NCBI GenBank assembly: GCA_036172245.1
Contig: JAYWIR010000005.1
Location: forward strand, 1,178,001-1,242,000
DNA: 64,000 nt
Direction of reading: 5' to 3'
Source of the DNA: Raillietiella orientalis
Lineage: Eukaryota
The translations under genes and the position numbers were made by a program. How positions within the stretch are numbered: position 1 is the stretch's first letter; every line of letters starts with the position of its first letter. Under the pieces are notes generated by a model that had not been told where the DNA came from, did not search any database, and saw only the letters and a program-made list of their open reading frames with translations. Below, piece by piece: positions 48,433-62,834 of this stretch.

Positions 48433-51400
48433 CCTGATCTGGACTGGCAGCATTGCAAAACACCGTGGCATGGCATGCTACGAAAGCAGGAGGAAAAGAG
48501 AGAGAAAACAACGAAAACACAAAAAAAGGGCAGCAGAATGCCTCATCGGTAGTCAGTTGAACAAACCGGGGAATCCGCGAGAGACCTTTGGTTAGGCCAA
48601 TTTCACACGAAGCAGAGAAAACCGGAATACGGACAGCATCTTCTTACCAGTAGCCTCGAATTCAAAAGAGTGGAAAGTTTGAACCTATCGTACAGGTTCG
48701 GTGTTTATCTGAATAGCAATGCAGTGCAATCGCAAGGCGGAATGTTTTCTTTTGCCTTTCCAATGGATGATACTCACAGTGACTTTTGCCTTAAAGTGTG
48801 ATAACTTTTAATTCATTAAATGGAATGAAACAACAAGTAAGTAATTTGTTGTCAGTTATGATCGTACAGTACAGTACAGTATAGTGCAGAAATGATCAAC
48901 AGCTTAGTAATTGCTGAGCTGGGTTAGAAAGCATCAATTTTGAAATTCAGTAAGCTCTTTAAAAGCTGAATTTCCTTCTCATATATGCGTTGATGACATA
49001 CTTCATGATGTACTTGTGATGAATATCATTGGATGGTTCACAACCGGTTAAGGGAATAGGCATATAATTAGCTGTGAAGGTGTATATGCATTCGGATCTC
49101 CAGCAGTTTAAATGTTTCTCCAGATTCACCAAGATTTTGATATTCAGTAAGAATGACATTTCCAAGTGAAATTGTGACAAATGTCTTTTCCTCTGATGGT
49201 GTTCTAGTTGTTCAACTTCTGTTTGCCCACTTTTCTGAAAAGAATGCAAAATTTATTTATTACCTGATGAAAGTAAACAAAGTAGCGGTTATTACGTTTG
49301 ATTGTGAAACTTTCATTTGCTCTATTGTCAGATTAATAAGGCTATGCATTTCTTTTACTCAGTTCAAATGAGAACTCAAATGCATATTTGTTTATAAAAA
49401 TATGTAACAGCCATTCACATTTGCATAAGTATCTATCAGTGTTCAGTAAATCCCTGTGAACGTTCTAATCAAGGTGCCGATTTTTTACCCCCTTATTTGT
49501 TGATTTATACAGGGAATGAAAATTATGTGTTACTAGAAGTTCGTCTTGCGTTTACTTGTGTGTGAAATGTGTATGAAACCTTAAATGCACCAAAAATGTA
49601 TTGAATATATAATAATGGCACCAACGTTTGTTGATTTTCATATTTTGTAGAAACATGCTATTGTGATTTCTTTGTATGTTATTAATCCTTGTGTTTATGG
49701 GGTAAAACCTTAGACTGCAGTTGTTACAGATTGCTTATTTTTAATAAGCATTGCTTAATTTGTAAAAGGATTAACAGTTCAGTTTCAGTAAAATACATAC
49801 GTACATGCACATATAGTACGTGGTGATGTATTTATCTATTAAATAGTCAGATGATTGTTTTCGTGTCTTAGTTATCCGGCATTCTGTAGTTTAGATTTGT
49901 TTGAAATTGCATTTTAATGCAGCTATCATACATTGTGATTCGTAGTTTTAATGTTTTCATCATATGCATGTTTTACATGAATTTGAAATAGGCAGCACTT
50001 CCTTACAGGGATTCCTTAAAAGTTGAAATTGCTCACAATACTTTAATATTTTCATGGATATGGATTTGTCATTTGGAACTGCTTTTTTCTTTTCATGTTA
50101 AGATTAGAGATTTTCTGTAATCAGCCTGTTATCAGCTGCTTTTGGACTACCCACAATTGATTGCAGCTTTTATTGGTTATTTTATTTGCAGAATCAAATT
50201 CTTTGAACGAACTTTTCATAATGTTGCTTGTCTATCCTGCTTAACACAATTCCTGAAAAGAATTACTTTCCATTATATAGTTGATTAGTTTTTTGGTAAT
50301 TATAGCTTGTACCACTGATCTGATTTCATCTCTTCACAAAAATTGGTGCTTCTTCCCTTATGAAAATCCGAGGCATTTTGCAAGGTCCGTATTTGTTTGA
50401 ATGCTCATCTGCTGTTATGGTTGCTTACTGATCAGGAGGCAGAGATGATGAAAAATTCAAGGCGAAAGTTTTGTTGCATGCACTGCCTGACTCTGTGTTT
50501 TGACTCTTGGATATTACAATGTTTTTTTTCAGTATTTTAGAGAAATAATGCTTTAATTATTTATATAATAAGTCAAAAGAGCAAACAGCGCACTGTGATC
50601 TGTATTTTAGCTATATATATATACATGTAGACAAGAATTACAAAGTTGCACATCTGTGTAATGATTTTTTTTTTGTTACATTTATAAGTACAGTGACAGT
50701 AATCGGCCTTCCAATATTTATTCAACTGAGTAATAAACATCCTCAGCAGATCTGCTTATAATCTTTTCTCTTTTTATTTGATGTATTAGGTGGTTTGTAA
50801 TTATACTTTCGTTTTATTCGTATAACTTGATGGTTGGTCACTGAAACAGAAATGAGTTTGAATTCACAAATTTGGACATTGTGATGTGGAAAAGTATATT
50901 TGCAAAATTTTGTTTACAGGAAGAGGCTGTTCAAATAAAGAGTTAATGGATTTCTCATGTCTCTTTGAGCACTTTTGAGAATCTCAAGATTTTAATGCAA
51001 TTAACATTAGAAGTTCAGTCAAACATACCACATTTTATTGGGATTTGTAATGAGCTGTTTCAATTGGTGTGAATGAAATCTTCAAGGAAGTTTTCATAAA
51101 AAATGTTCTCAAGAATTTCAAAATTACCAACTTTAAATCATTTACAAATTGAGATTCCATGTTTAAGGAATGTGGCAAAGTTCATTTAACAATAGACTTT
51201 AAATCTGAATGAAAATTTCTGAAGAATTGCAACTAGAACAGTCAAAACATTTACACAAAACTCTACAGTATACAGTTTAAAATTGTGATTGGGTTCTTAA
51301 TTGTGTGCACATGTGCTGGTATTAAGAATGACATTCACATGTATTCAAATGTACCCATGGGTGTAAATAGAAGTTTATTGGTTTGTTATGTGCCTTCATG

Positions 51401-54400
51401 AAAATTAAATTCTTAAACAATACAGTGTGTGTTGATCTTTTGGGTCATTTTCAGTGAGTTGTCTTTAAAATTCAATTTAAATCTGGTTTAATGTATTCCT
51501 ATTGTTTGTTTCATTTATCTTAATTTATGAGAAGTTTCTTTTGTTCTTTTCACCTTATTCTTTGAAAGGGGACTGCTGAAAAGATTATCCAACTTTTTTG
51601 TATTATTCTTATGGTAATAAACTCAAGCATTTCCTGATGATTATATTATTCTAGTGATAGTAGGCGATCAGAATCATCAAGAAACACTTGAGTTTTAGGG
51701 AAAAAATAGTTAAAAAATGGTTATTTGAAATTGGAAGTCACATGCAATTTCAATTTAGTGCATGCAAATATAATCAAGTGTAGATCAATGAACACTTCCA
51801 AATCATCTGTAATTTTCTGTGAGTTTCTCAAATCTTCTGTTATAAAATAAATTAATAACTCCATGTTATTGGTGCATATCATGAATGATTGAGTTGAGGG
51901 TTACAAAAATGAAATTTGCGAAAATTCAACAATTCTAATGATCACTTATCAATCAAAGAAGTTGTAATTATGAATTATGATATATGAGTTGCTTGCAATA
52001 CTTTTTATCCTAAGGATGCTTTGAATACCTTTATTCAACGCTGTATATCCGTAATTATTAGTATAGAAATACTGTAAATTGAGAAACATTGATCTTAATG
52101 CATGCCAAGTTACTTTTGATTGTAAGGATGATTTTGTATTTCTGTTTCTGCACTAATGTGGCTTTCTATGGATAACACGAAATGTGACACAGCTGCAAGA
52201 TCATTGACAGATTTGTATCACATGTATGTCAATAGAATGAGTGTAACCGTCGCAATTTTGCAAGTGTTCTTGATATGGGTTTGTGACAAAAAAAAGAAAG
52301 AAAGAAAGAAAACGAAATTAAAAATACGTCAAGATCAAGAAAGGGTGAATTGTAAAATATTTCATGTTTTACGAATTTATTGTCTATAAATTTCCAGGAA
52401 AAAAAATCCAGCTATTCGGAATTATATGTGATGGTATGAGAAATGCACGAGGTCTTCTAGATAAAAAGTACTTTTCCTTGAAGTGTGTGAGGGCAAGGAT
52501 TGTCATTTGCGCATGTAAATTAATAAATGCAAATCTGAAATGTAAAAAAGTTAATCTTTCAAATCGAATTCAGATTTCCAATCGAATCCAAGGAAAGACA
52601 AATCAAAATCCTGGGTGTTTTTGTAGCGTCACTCACATCCCAGGCATAGGTTTTTTAGTGTGTGGTAAGCACATGGAGCCCAACGCACTTCCTGGTGTCA
52701 TTTCCAGTTGCTTAGGTTTCTTGTGATGTGTTACTTTGCATCAGTCGCTCTGTTTCGTCAGATCTGTGTTCACAGGTTACCTGAATTATCCCAGACATGC
52801 AAAGAGACATGCCTCATACGTAGCGCAACTCCAGTTGCATCTGGGATGTCTTTTTCTGTTGACAAAGTACGGCGTAAATGTAAAAGAAATGCTTGTAGAT
52901 TTTTCTTGCGTGGCATCATCTTGGAGGTGATTCGCTCAGAGAGGGCGGTGCGGCGTACTTCCTGAATAAGCAGGCAAGTCTTTGAGGACTGTCTGCGAGA
53001 ACCATTGGCTACCACTTCAGAAGAAAGTTTGCGCATCATCATCCGCATTGGCAGCCGCCTTCCCACGAGGGAAGAAATAAACACATCTTAACCATGAGAC
53101 AAAAATTTCGGTGAAGTTCAATTGGTATTTTGAGAAATCAATCCGAAATTTTAATGACGGTTTCTTGCCCGTGATGATCCTCCAAACGAGGAAGAAACAT
53201 CGGGCTCCCAGTTGCCATTTCGATTTGATGGTGTCTGGCACGCCTCCCACTCCGACACGGTGTGTTTTCATGTTTATTACTATTTTCCCTTAGCGCCAAC
53301 GTCTTTCACTCCTTTGGCGTCCCATTCGTTTTGTTCTCCGCGTGTTATTTAGAAACACTGATTTGTTCTTGGCATACGAACTTTGCCATGCTGAAGTGGA
53401 CTTCCCGTTGTGGATTCTGCTGACAAAGAACGATCCCACTGTCGTTTGTCTCAGGAGCCCGTGACAGGATCTATAGCAAACCCGTTCGACGTTACCCTTG
53501 GGGTGATCGGAACCCTGAGATGCGAGTTTTACAGCCGTTTTGTATAGGTGACCATGCCTCTTACCGATCACTGTGCAGTTTCTCATGCTGTGCTTTCGTG
53601 GATGGTTTGGAAACGACATCGCGCGGGATTTTCACCGGTAGAATTGCCAACGAAGAATATAGCCTGGAGGACAAAGTTCTGCGAAGACATCCAGCATCTT
53701 TGTTTCCATTCCAAACGTAGTTCAGTTTTGTATTCCATCCATCCAATAATCGCGAAGGTCTGTATTATGTGTCTTGCGTTAAGGAATGTTCAAGTGTTGG
53801 TGCACACGTGGCTTTTTGTCATTTAGAAATGCCTTGATCGATGCTTGTGAGCAGTTTGTCCGTAGTGCAAAGATAAGGGCCACATTACTGCAAGTGCGGC
53901 TGTTCGAGCTTTCTTGCAATTTGGTCCATGCGTGTTTGGGGGGATTCCCGGCGTATGCTGTGATTACTGTGAATACCGTGTTCCAAAAATTTTCTCAGTG
54001 ATCGACTTTGCGTTGATCGCAGCAGGAAGCCATAGTGTGACGTGGGAGATCATGAATCGCTGCAAACTGACACGACGTGAGTCGAGTCATCTGTCCAAGA
54101 TGCAAGAGACTGTAGGACCTTTTGAAGGATTCGTTTGCGTGGCAGGTCTGTACCCACTCCAGGATCGAAACGTGTTCATTTGGGCTTGTATCCGGAAAAT
54201 CGTGATCGAACGGATGATGCCTGCCTTTTCACTCTAGGGGTGCAAAATAGAATAAAACGAGAAAGCAATATGTAAATATGTGATAATGTATCATTCGTGA
54301 ATTGGAGTTTTTTTAAACTTTCCTCTGAAAATTTCTTGAGCTCATTTCTTTTAGGAAGTTGGGTGCATGCGTCCATGTTTAAAATCGGTTGTGGTGCGAT

Positions 54401-56246
54401 GAAGAACGTATTTTACTTTGTACATCGTATTGCCGTTGTGCTGATGGTACGGATCTCCCGTCTGTCGGCAACGGAACCTCGAACGCCTTGTTCTTCTGTG
54501 GCGGTTGTCTGCATTCAAGAGGCACGCAGGTCGTTTTTTCATGCAATGCACTTGACGTGGACGTGCAGTGGTGACCCGTTGTTTGCTCGAGGTGCTTGCA
54601 TGACAGGCATTATGTAAATAACATCATGTTTATTTAAGAAAAAAGTGTCGGTGCACCGCTCTGGAGAAAATTGATTTTGCCAACCTTGTGGCTCCAGAAA
54701 ATCCGGCTGCTGCTCGCACCATCCGTGTCGGTGCCTTCTCGGCATTCTTTGCTTCCAAAAACACCTCTGTGAATGCATTCCTTCTCGGACGTCCGAGTTC
54801 GTTTCCGCTCAGGGATGCATCACAAAACCGTCTCTGCATGTGTTTGTATCAAGAGCAAGTGCTCTCCAAGCCTCTAAATGCGCACCTGCGTAGGTCTTGT
54901 GGAGGGAGTCTGGAATGGTAGCGGGAGGAGACCCGAAGGAATTTCGGGTCTTTTCGTTGGTGTGGTGACTAGTAATGCTTGTATTTCATGGAGAACGAGC
55001 TCTTCCATCATAATGCTTTCGGCGTTGCCCCTGATGTTATTTTAATGCAATCTGTATGTTCCGCACATAACTAATACCGTTACTCGGTTTCCTCCACTCA
55101 CAGTACCGTACCATCTTTGTGGGTAGTCAGCCAGCCGCTATAAAAAAAAACAAAAGTTGAAAATAAAAGTTGGCAATTTTAGTTTTTGCCAAAGGGCGTG
55201 CCATGCCATCTCCATCAAAGTGTGGTTCGTTTGTGTTGTGCCCCTGTTGCGAGGTGGCTTCATCCGTTGGAAATCATCCACCATCTCCTTGTGTGTTTCT
55301 TTCCAGTAGGCTGCGTGTTGTCGGTTACGTAAGACCGGTTGCTGTCCCCCAGGAAATGTGCTGATGTACGATACAGAGTGATCTTTCCGCAGGCTTTGGT
55401 TCGGGCCGTATACTTGCAGAAAGTTATCGTCTTCCTGCCTCGGTCTCGGAGCATGCAAGCTGCTCGTCTATCTTTCGAGTGATTCTCGGAATGAAGCTGA
55501 GGCCGGGTAGCTCAGCGATGTCAGATTTTTCAAAAACGAAAACAAAGGCTTCTTCTTCTTCTTCAAGCGTGGCATACCTGTTTTGTCAGCATCTTTTTCT
55601 TTTTTTTCCCCTCGCAGCTTCATGTCCCGGATCGTACAATTTTTTTTTTTTTTTTTCGAAATACTTTTACCAGTGTACTTTAGCATATAAATTGCTTATT
55701 GGAGTTTATTTTTAGCCAGACCTAGTTGCGATCTACGTGTGTGATTTTCATCTGTTTGATGATTTTCTTTTAGCCCAAGAAGAAGAAGAAGAAGAAGAAA
55801 AAAACGTGTCCCTGCATGGGTTGCTGGCATCGACGTAGTGATTGTGGTTTTTTCGTCGTCGTGTTTTTCCTTCTTTGTGCGAGCCTTCAGGAGTGCATTG
55901 TGAAACCATTGCGAATTTTTGCGATTCCGAAATACAGTGTGTGGCATGCCTTTTTTTTTATATATACTCTTTTTCGGATTTCGTTTAGTTTTTGACAAAA
56001 CGTTCTTGATTTCAGGGAAAGGAATCCACGAGTGGTACTGGAATTCAGAATTAAATCGGGAAGCATGATGAATTGATTTGAGAACGAATCGATTTTCTGC
56101 CATCAACTGTGCCGAATCGCAAAAAAAAAAAAAAAAAAAAAAACGATGGCTGGTTTCCTCAAGTTAGCCCTTACGAACATTCTCTTCCGGACGGACCGCC
56201 GCGTGATGGCCGATAACCCTTTCTATTAAACTCCTCTCCCGCGGAC

Positions 56247-56249
<3 letters not shown>

Positions 56250-56277
<28 letters not shown>
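56250..56277. repeat. (GT)14 microsatellite
   Basis: Read directly from the sequence. Confidence 0.95.
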
Positions 56278-58449
56278 CGCCCTCGATAGGGATGGCATCC
56301 TCCTCCGTGTTTGCCACTGGCCAACTTGCGAATGGGTGGACGTTCTCGAACTCCCTTGGCTATCGTGACTCCTTCTCGGTGATGCCACGCGACCTCGCGT
56401 TCGTTGGATTTTCATTTCCTGCTGCCCGTGGCTGCTTCACCCGCAAGACGTCTGCGTGGTCCTGGGCTCCGCGTGCACGGCATTCCGCTTTGGCAACACA
56501 CTTGCTTATTCCTGATTCCTTATCGTTCTTCGTGTATCACCAGGAGAGCGCAACCCAGGAAATGGAGTGACAAAGGGAACCAGTTACCTGGTTTCTGTAA
56601 ACGGAGCCCGGTCGAACCGAATATTTTCTGCTGTGTTATTTACCGACCCGGATAGGTCATCGTAAACCAATTTTCCATCCCGTTCCATTAGAGAGAAACA
56701 GTAGAATCGTCGGATTATATTAAAGCGTGACTGGTGATTTTTACTCCGTGAGTTTATTTATATATGCAGTGTATATATAGGTAGACATGCTTATAAGCAT
56801 ATAATCTTGCCAATCCTCTTGGCAAACAGTTTTCTCGTTTTTTTTTGTCCAGCATTTCGTCGAAGAGTACCTCAGAAACTTAAGGAATTGGTGCACGCGG
56901 AATGAATTTTCCTTGCGATTCGAAATAAAATATTTCCCACAAGTGAATTCCTCGTTGTGCCTCAAGAGGTGAAATGCTTTTGATCTGAGAAAGCCAAACG
57001 TTACTTCTTACGGGATGTGGGATTTGTTACGTTCTTCAAAGGTAACGTATGTGGGGAAAAAAAAAGGATATATGTGTGTTTTTTTCGTGACCTTGGTACA
57101 TTTTTTTTGGGGGGGGGGGAGGGGGGTTCGAGTGTGAATTTCAGTATTTTTTTTTAGTCTGTGATCACATCCGACCCTTGGGGAGCATCCCTTAATCCTC
57201 CAAAGTGAATGTAATCTGGAAGTGGGGTTGAAACCACAAAGCTTCGTACGAAAGCTGATTACTGTTTATATATAAACGGTGATCAACCGAACGAAGCTCT
57301 ATTGGAATTTTTCTTTTTGGACTCGAGGGCTCGCCTCCCATATACGTGGACCTTGTGGAACATTCGTGATCTCTTTCGCAATTCCTCTGATTCAGCAGGG
57401 GCTGCATTTTCGTTTGTGTATGTGTTTTTCCATTCGAATTGCAGTTTTTACATTTCCTTTTTGAATTTGCATGGTGGGCAGGGAGCGAGATCCGGGAGAG
57501 ACATCGGAAATAAATTGCGTAGAATCATAGTTTGGCAGACCCGCTCTTGCCAGAATGTTGCACCCGGAACGGTGAGTTCCTCGGATGCAGTAGTGAGTGC
57601 TCTTTGGTCCAGTATTTTCGGAGGCAGTTCCTCCACACGGAGGAAGCATCCCGAATTTCTTTGCCCTTTCAGCGTTGCCACGCGGAAGAGTTCCGAACAG
57701 CTGCGTTTCCGGATCGGATGCGTGGGAGCTTTGCGGAAGCGAAACTTTTCTCCACCGTTCGTCAAAGACAGCTTTTATATTACAAGTCGGAGCGTACCAG
57801 GAGCCGATGGAAGCTGCTTTTCGTCGATCAAAAGTAGCGTTTTGTGTTCGTGTGCCTCTGAGTGTTCCCTTGAATCAGATACACGACTTGTTACGATTGC
57901 GATGGATAGGCATATTCATGTACCATGACGTTTACAGAGGCATTCGGAATCATAGGAACCTCCCTCCTGCCTCCTTCCCCCGTTTATTAATACGCATTCT
58001 TTGATAGCAGGCGCGTAATCTGTCTGTATGTGTGTGTGTTTTGATCTGGACGCCAAATGCGTGTGTTGCTTCACGTTTGCATTCGGAACGCTTATTGAGA
58101 TGAGACTGCGCGCGCCCACCTTTTCGGGACGTCAACAGATTTTGTTTATCTTCTGTTCTGTCTTTTGGTCACAACTGGTCGTTCCGTAGCGCTGGTGGGA
58201 TCTTCAGAAAGATTCTGAAACCGCTTCTTCTGCAGCTCTGCGACCGCTTCATTCGCTACATAACGAGGGTGTTTCATTCGCGTTATGTAGCGTAAGGGAG
58301 CATTCTCGCAGCACGGCGTTTTTGCTTCTCACGGAGTTCGAAGCAGTTTGCTGGCTCGCCTGGTGTACGTACTGTATGAATGCACGATGCCTGCGTCTGT
58401 GCGTCGTACAAAGTAGGGCGGCACGTTCGTTCGCCTCGAATGCAGACTC

Positions 58450-59170
58450 CCCAATGAGGCTGGAGGCCGTGTGGCCACCGTCTCCGCTCGTGGCACCAAG
58501 CGTTGAGTGTTCGAATCCCCACGTGGAGGATCGACGTCGAGAAATGGGGATTTTGAGTCCTCCCCGCAGGATGACGCAGTTGGCCTATTCGGACGCCCCC
58601 TCTGACTGGCAGGGATTGGAAGTTGACCCTCCGGGGTTCTTCCAGGAATCAAGGAGTCGGTTTCCTTCAGGGTTCCCCTCCTTTTGTGAAAAGGGAGCCG
58701 TCGCCCCTTCGAAGGGGGACCCTCCATCGCGTACCATGGAGCTGGTTGATAACTCCCCTCGGGGGGCTGCCTCTCCAAAGTGCGAGAAGCCCGCTGCTCC
58801 CTTCGGGAACGACCCTTCAGAGAAAATGTGGAAGCGTCCCTTCGGCGTTCTCTTCAGAGTAGGAGGAAACGAGGATCGGTTCCCTTGCGGGTTCCCTATG
58901 GAGAAGAAATTCCAAGAACGGATCCTTTCCGGGTCCCCCTCGGAGAAGAAACAATGGAGCGGCCCCCTCCTGGAGGTCCCTCTGGAGAGAGTGAGGAAGT
59001 GGTTCCTTTCGGAGACAACCAGGGCTAGGGTTCCCTTCAAGGTTTCCTCCCAAGCTTAAGAGGGTTTCCTCCTTGGATTCATAGGGTGGTCCCCTCCCGG
59101 GGTATCCCCCCTGACTCGAAGAGTTACTACACGCACCCTCAGGTGGCGCGGGCAGTGTTAAAGAGCTTCG
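58450..59170 (+). mobile_element. Repeat with tRNA-like head, copy 3
   Basis: GTTCGAATCCC at 58509-58519, with a body colinear with copy 1 (41030-41585) and copy 2. Confidence 0.8.
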
Positions 59171-60233
59171 TGAGCCCGTAGCCGAGCGGTTCGCTGCTAA
59201 TAACTCGAGCCCCCCCCAAAAGTTGAAGTTTGCGTTCATTTCCTTGCAGATCCACTTTGAAAGCAACAGGGATGGGGAACGCTTCGCTACGGTCATGCTG
59301 TCGTGCAGTGGGTGTGACAGGAACTTGCACTACTACACCGGCCAGAGTTTGCTTCTGTGGGGGGAGGGGTGATAAAAGAGCTTCTGCTTCCACGGTGCGG
59401 GTAAAGCGAAAATTCTGGCTCCTCCGTAGGAGTCGATTTTCGCTGTCAGAGTCCTCTGCTGTCAGTGTTGGATTGATTGGATTCCACCGTTTCGGGGAAG
59501 TTCTCGAGCGGTGGTCTCGAGGTGCGTTCCCACTCTGCCATAGTAAGGGGTGGGGGGGGTCTTTGGGGCGCATTTCGATGTGCAGCGCTCGGCTTGCTGT
59601 GCGCGCGCGGTACCGAAATTAAAACAGCTGCGTCATCCCGCCAGGATTTACTCCGTCTGTGCCGTTGGCCGTTTCGTCATCCGGAAGACGACTCCGAAGT
59701 CCTCCTCTCCTCCCCCTCACCTCACACGTCCACCCCCGGACAAAAATGGATGGCCAAGGCGCGTGAATCGCACGAGAGAGGGAACGGCAGTTCGAGCTTT
59801 CCTGTTGTGTAACTTGAATTCTGCCTCTCCAAATGGATTTCCACACTCTTGCGTATCCACCCATAAATAATTCATGGTGGATTCGATCGAGCGTTTCCGT
59901 GGTCGCTTCCGACTTACCGCTATGCAGGCGAGTAGCGAAATTTCCACTCCCCCACTTTTGATGGGTGCTGCTGATCTTCCCCTGAGTGTCCGCAAAACGG
60001 TCTGATTTTTTTTTTGGGGGGGGGAGAGGGGGGAGGGGTCAGGTGCAATTCTATATATTTATACGGTACATGTAGCTTTTGCTTTCGATATAGCGTGTTT
60101 CATAGGAACACGTGTATTTCTATATTCTTTCCTTTTTGTTTTTTTTGTCTGGGGACTAGAAAGACGTCGTCATCAGCATCTCCGTTGCATTAATACGAAT
60201 GGACCTGTGTATATTTTGTCGCTTGTTTTGCAG

Positions 60234-62834
60234 GTGGAGCATTCGAAATGGAGACAGGACCCTCGCGTGATTTACATACGAAGATCGGATTCTGGATTCG
60301 GGTTTACGCTCCGCCATTTCATAGTGTATCCTCCGGTCGCAGCATCGGTAGTGTTTTGCCTTTGATCCAACCCAAGTGATCTGAACACTGGTTTCAGACT
60401 TGCGCATCGAACGCATCCAAGGATGGTGCCAGTGTTGATTTCGCACCCATGGACACTATTTTTGTTATGCTCATTAAGGAGAACGGTCCGGCGGAAAAGT
60501 CTGGATTGCGCGAAGGTGAGGTTTTGACCGACGAAGCTCACTTGGGTGGTGGTGACCTTCCCGAGTGCCGAGCCACCTCGCCCGAACGGAGCGGCAGCAA
60601 CGGTCCAGATGTCTTTACGGTGCTCTTGTCAAAATACAACGGGAGGCAGAAGGCCACCGTGTGCGCGTGCCGTTTATTCAGTGCGGCCGGTTTGCGGTTT
60701 CGGTGGTTTCCGGAATAGTGAAGGGAGGAGCCGGGTTGCCGCTTCCAGATGTTGTTAGGGCCACGGGCCGATCCTTGTGGGAAGCTGCAGCGTGCGACTT
60801 ATCACCGTGATGCGTGAAAGTGCGCTGTTTACTTTGTTCGTCCCGTGGCGACAAGTCTTGTTTGAAGGAACGACAGCCAATCAGATGCCGCGTTCCCGCA
60901 GCTTCAGAAAATGGAAGAAATAATGCATGAATGTGTCGAAAGCCGTAGTAGGTGCTGGGGGGAGGGAGGGAGTGAGGGGAGGAGAGAACCTTGTCGAAAC
61001 AGGCACGCGTGCAAGGGAAAGCGGACGAAAGTTCCAGAAACACGAGGCGAAGGATCCTTATTTCGTTCGTTGCCGACACCGCGCGCACTTCCCGGTTGAA
61101 GTCACACGTGAAGTCCTCGTTGCGCGAATTTGAAACGCTAGAACTGCTTCAGGCACTTTAATTGCTTCCCGGGATGCAAAGGGGAACGGGCTCGTGGAAT
61201 CATTTTCCACGGATCCACGGAAACGTGTCACTCACGAAAAGCATGTCAGGCTTGAATTTCCACGAAGTGTGCAGCTTCGATGCTTTTTCGCCTCGTGTCC
61301 ATGGAAATGGCCAACTGATTTTCTTCTTTCCCCCCCCCTTTTTTTTTTTTTTAATGGGGAGCGGAGGAGGGGGTTCGTTCCTGGAACCGAGGCGAGCGGG
61401 AATCGAGATGAACGGGGTCAGCAGGCCGAGCGGCGCAGGTGACGAGAATCCAACGAGTCGGGTTCTTCCGTGGAGTGCCGATGGACAACGAAACGGTGGG
61501 GTCGCCCTCCTCCGTGTCGATTTTTATTCGGCAGCGCCTCGATGGCACCTTGTTTTTTGCACGCGGCGAAATCGTCCGGAAGTGGCTCATCCTGCCCGCC
61601 CTTCGTAGGAGGAGTAATTTCCCAAGTAGTTCCCCACGTCCCGGTCGTGATGGAGTCGTCGTTTCGTTAGGAACGAAGAGCGGTCCTCTTCTATTCGCGT
61701 GGTGAGTTGCTGCGGCGAAGCGTGCGCTCCCATCTCGGCGTTTCCGTCTCGTTGCGCGGTAGTCGTCAAGGTACCGTTATTTTTGTGTTCGTGGGTTGAG
61801 TGGCTGCCAAGCGATGCAGCTGATTTCCCGATCGTGTTGGTCATCCGTGTGATTTGCCCGCGTTTCCTCCTGGTCATTTAGATGAGCTCTTCGAAGCCTC
61901 CCGGTCTCCTTGTGGAAAGGGCGCCGGTCTCACCACGCGCGAACGCGGGCACTCTAAAAGGCGAGGGCAGAAAGGAATCGCGCTGGATGCTCCAGACGCA
62001 CGAACACGGTCGTCTGGCATTTCGCGGTAAGGAATTCGTGGTTTACGTATTTGATGATCCGGTGCTTGCTGGATGCTGTTTGGGTATTGCGTTGTTAGGT
62101 GAAAGCGTAGTTGTGTGTGTGTACACAATCCTGCGTGGCATCCAAACCTCATCCCATCCCGATTTATCTAGGATAATCGCGACGTCGAAAGTCGTGAGGT
62201 CCGGGAAAAAAAAAAGAAAAAAAAACGGGATGTGTTACCATGGTGCGACTGACGATTATTTTTTATTGTTTTGGAACCATCGGAGCGCGCGTGCTGCTGA
62301 TTAGGCTCTGTCAGGGAGTAGAGAGGAGTTAGAGTACTGTATCCTGAGGGAATCTCCACGTGCAGCGCACAGGGCGAGCAGATTTATGGCAGTGATCGAC
62401 AGAACGCGGTCCTTCTGTCTCGGCATTCAATTACTTTTATCCCACGACATTTTGACTATTTTTGTAAACCCATCGATGCTCATAAACCCAATCCGGTGAA
62501 TGATGTGATCAATAATGTGATTAATCCAGATAGAGCGGGATGCTGGGCTGACGCCGCCCCTAACGTGGAAAGGTAGGTTGGCGGCGGCATAAAAGCGCTG
62601 CCCATCCGGAGGAAAGTGGCAGTGCTGCCGAAGCATTAGAAGGCTTACCTCAAGGCCGCCGCCGACGGACTTTCTAACGCTTGCCTCTTTTGTTTTTAAG
62701 GAGATCGCATAATAAGTGTCAACGACGAATCCATCCTGGGCAAGTCTTACGCAGATGTAATACACATGATTAAGAATAGTCAGCCCACGGTGAAGCTGTC
62801 TGTGATACCCAAGGAGGAAGACGTGCTGCAAAAG
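60234..62834 (+). CDS. ARHGAP21: ARHGAP21/ARHGAP23-like Rho GTPase-activating protein, N-terminal PDZ domain, partial. Exons: 60234-60335, 60398-60515, 62701-62834
   Basis: The spliced translation reads [14 protein letters not shown] / [22 protein letters not shown] / [26 protein letters not shown]...[12 protein letters not shown], the signature PDZ of ARHGAP21/23. Introns are GT-AG with consistent phases. The start exon is uncertain and the rest lies beyond the window. Confidence 0.92.

Noticed and set aside
50440..50495. Box C/D snoRNA-like ATGATGA...CTGA with a cagag/ctctg terminal stem
   Set aside because: It is only 56 nt, the K-turn spacing is off, and I recognise no rRNA-complementary guide. 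A snoscan or Rfam search would settle it.
59628..59762. Candidate upstream coding exon of the ARHGAP21/23-like gene
   Set aside because: Two incompatible solutions exist (AAG|GCGCGT at 59759 or CGC|GTGAAT at 59763, in different frames), and there is no homology to choose between them. It is left out of the gene model.
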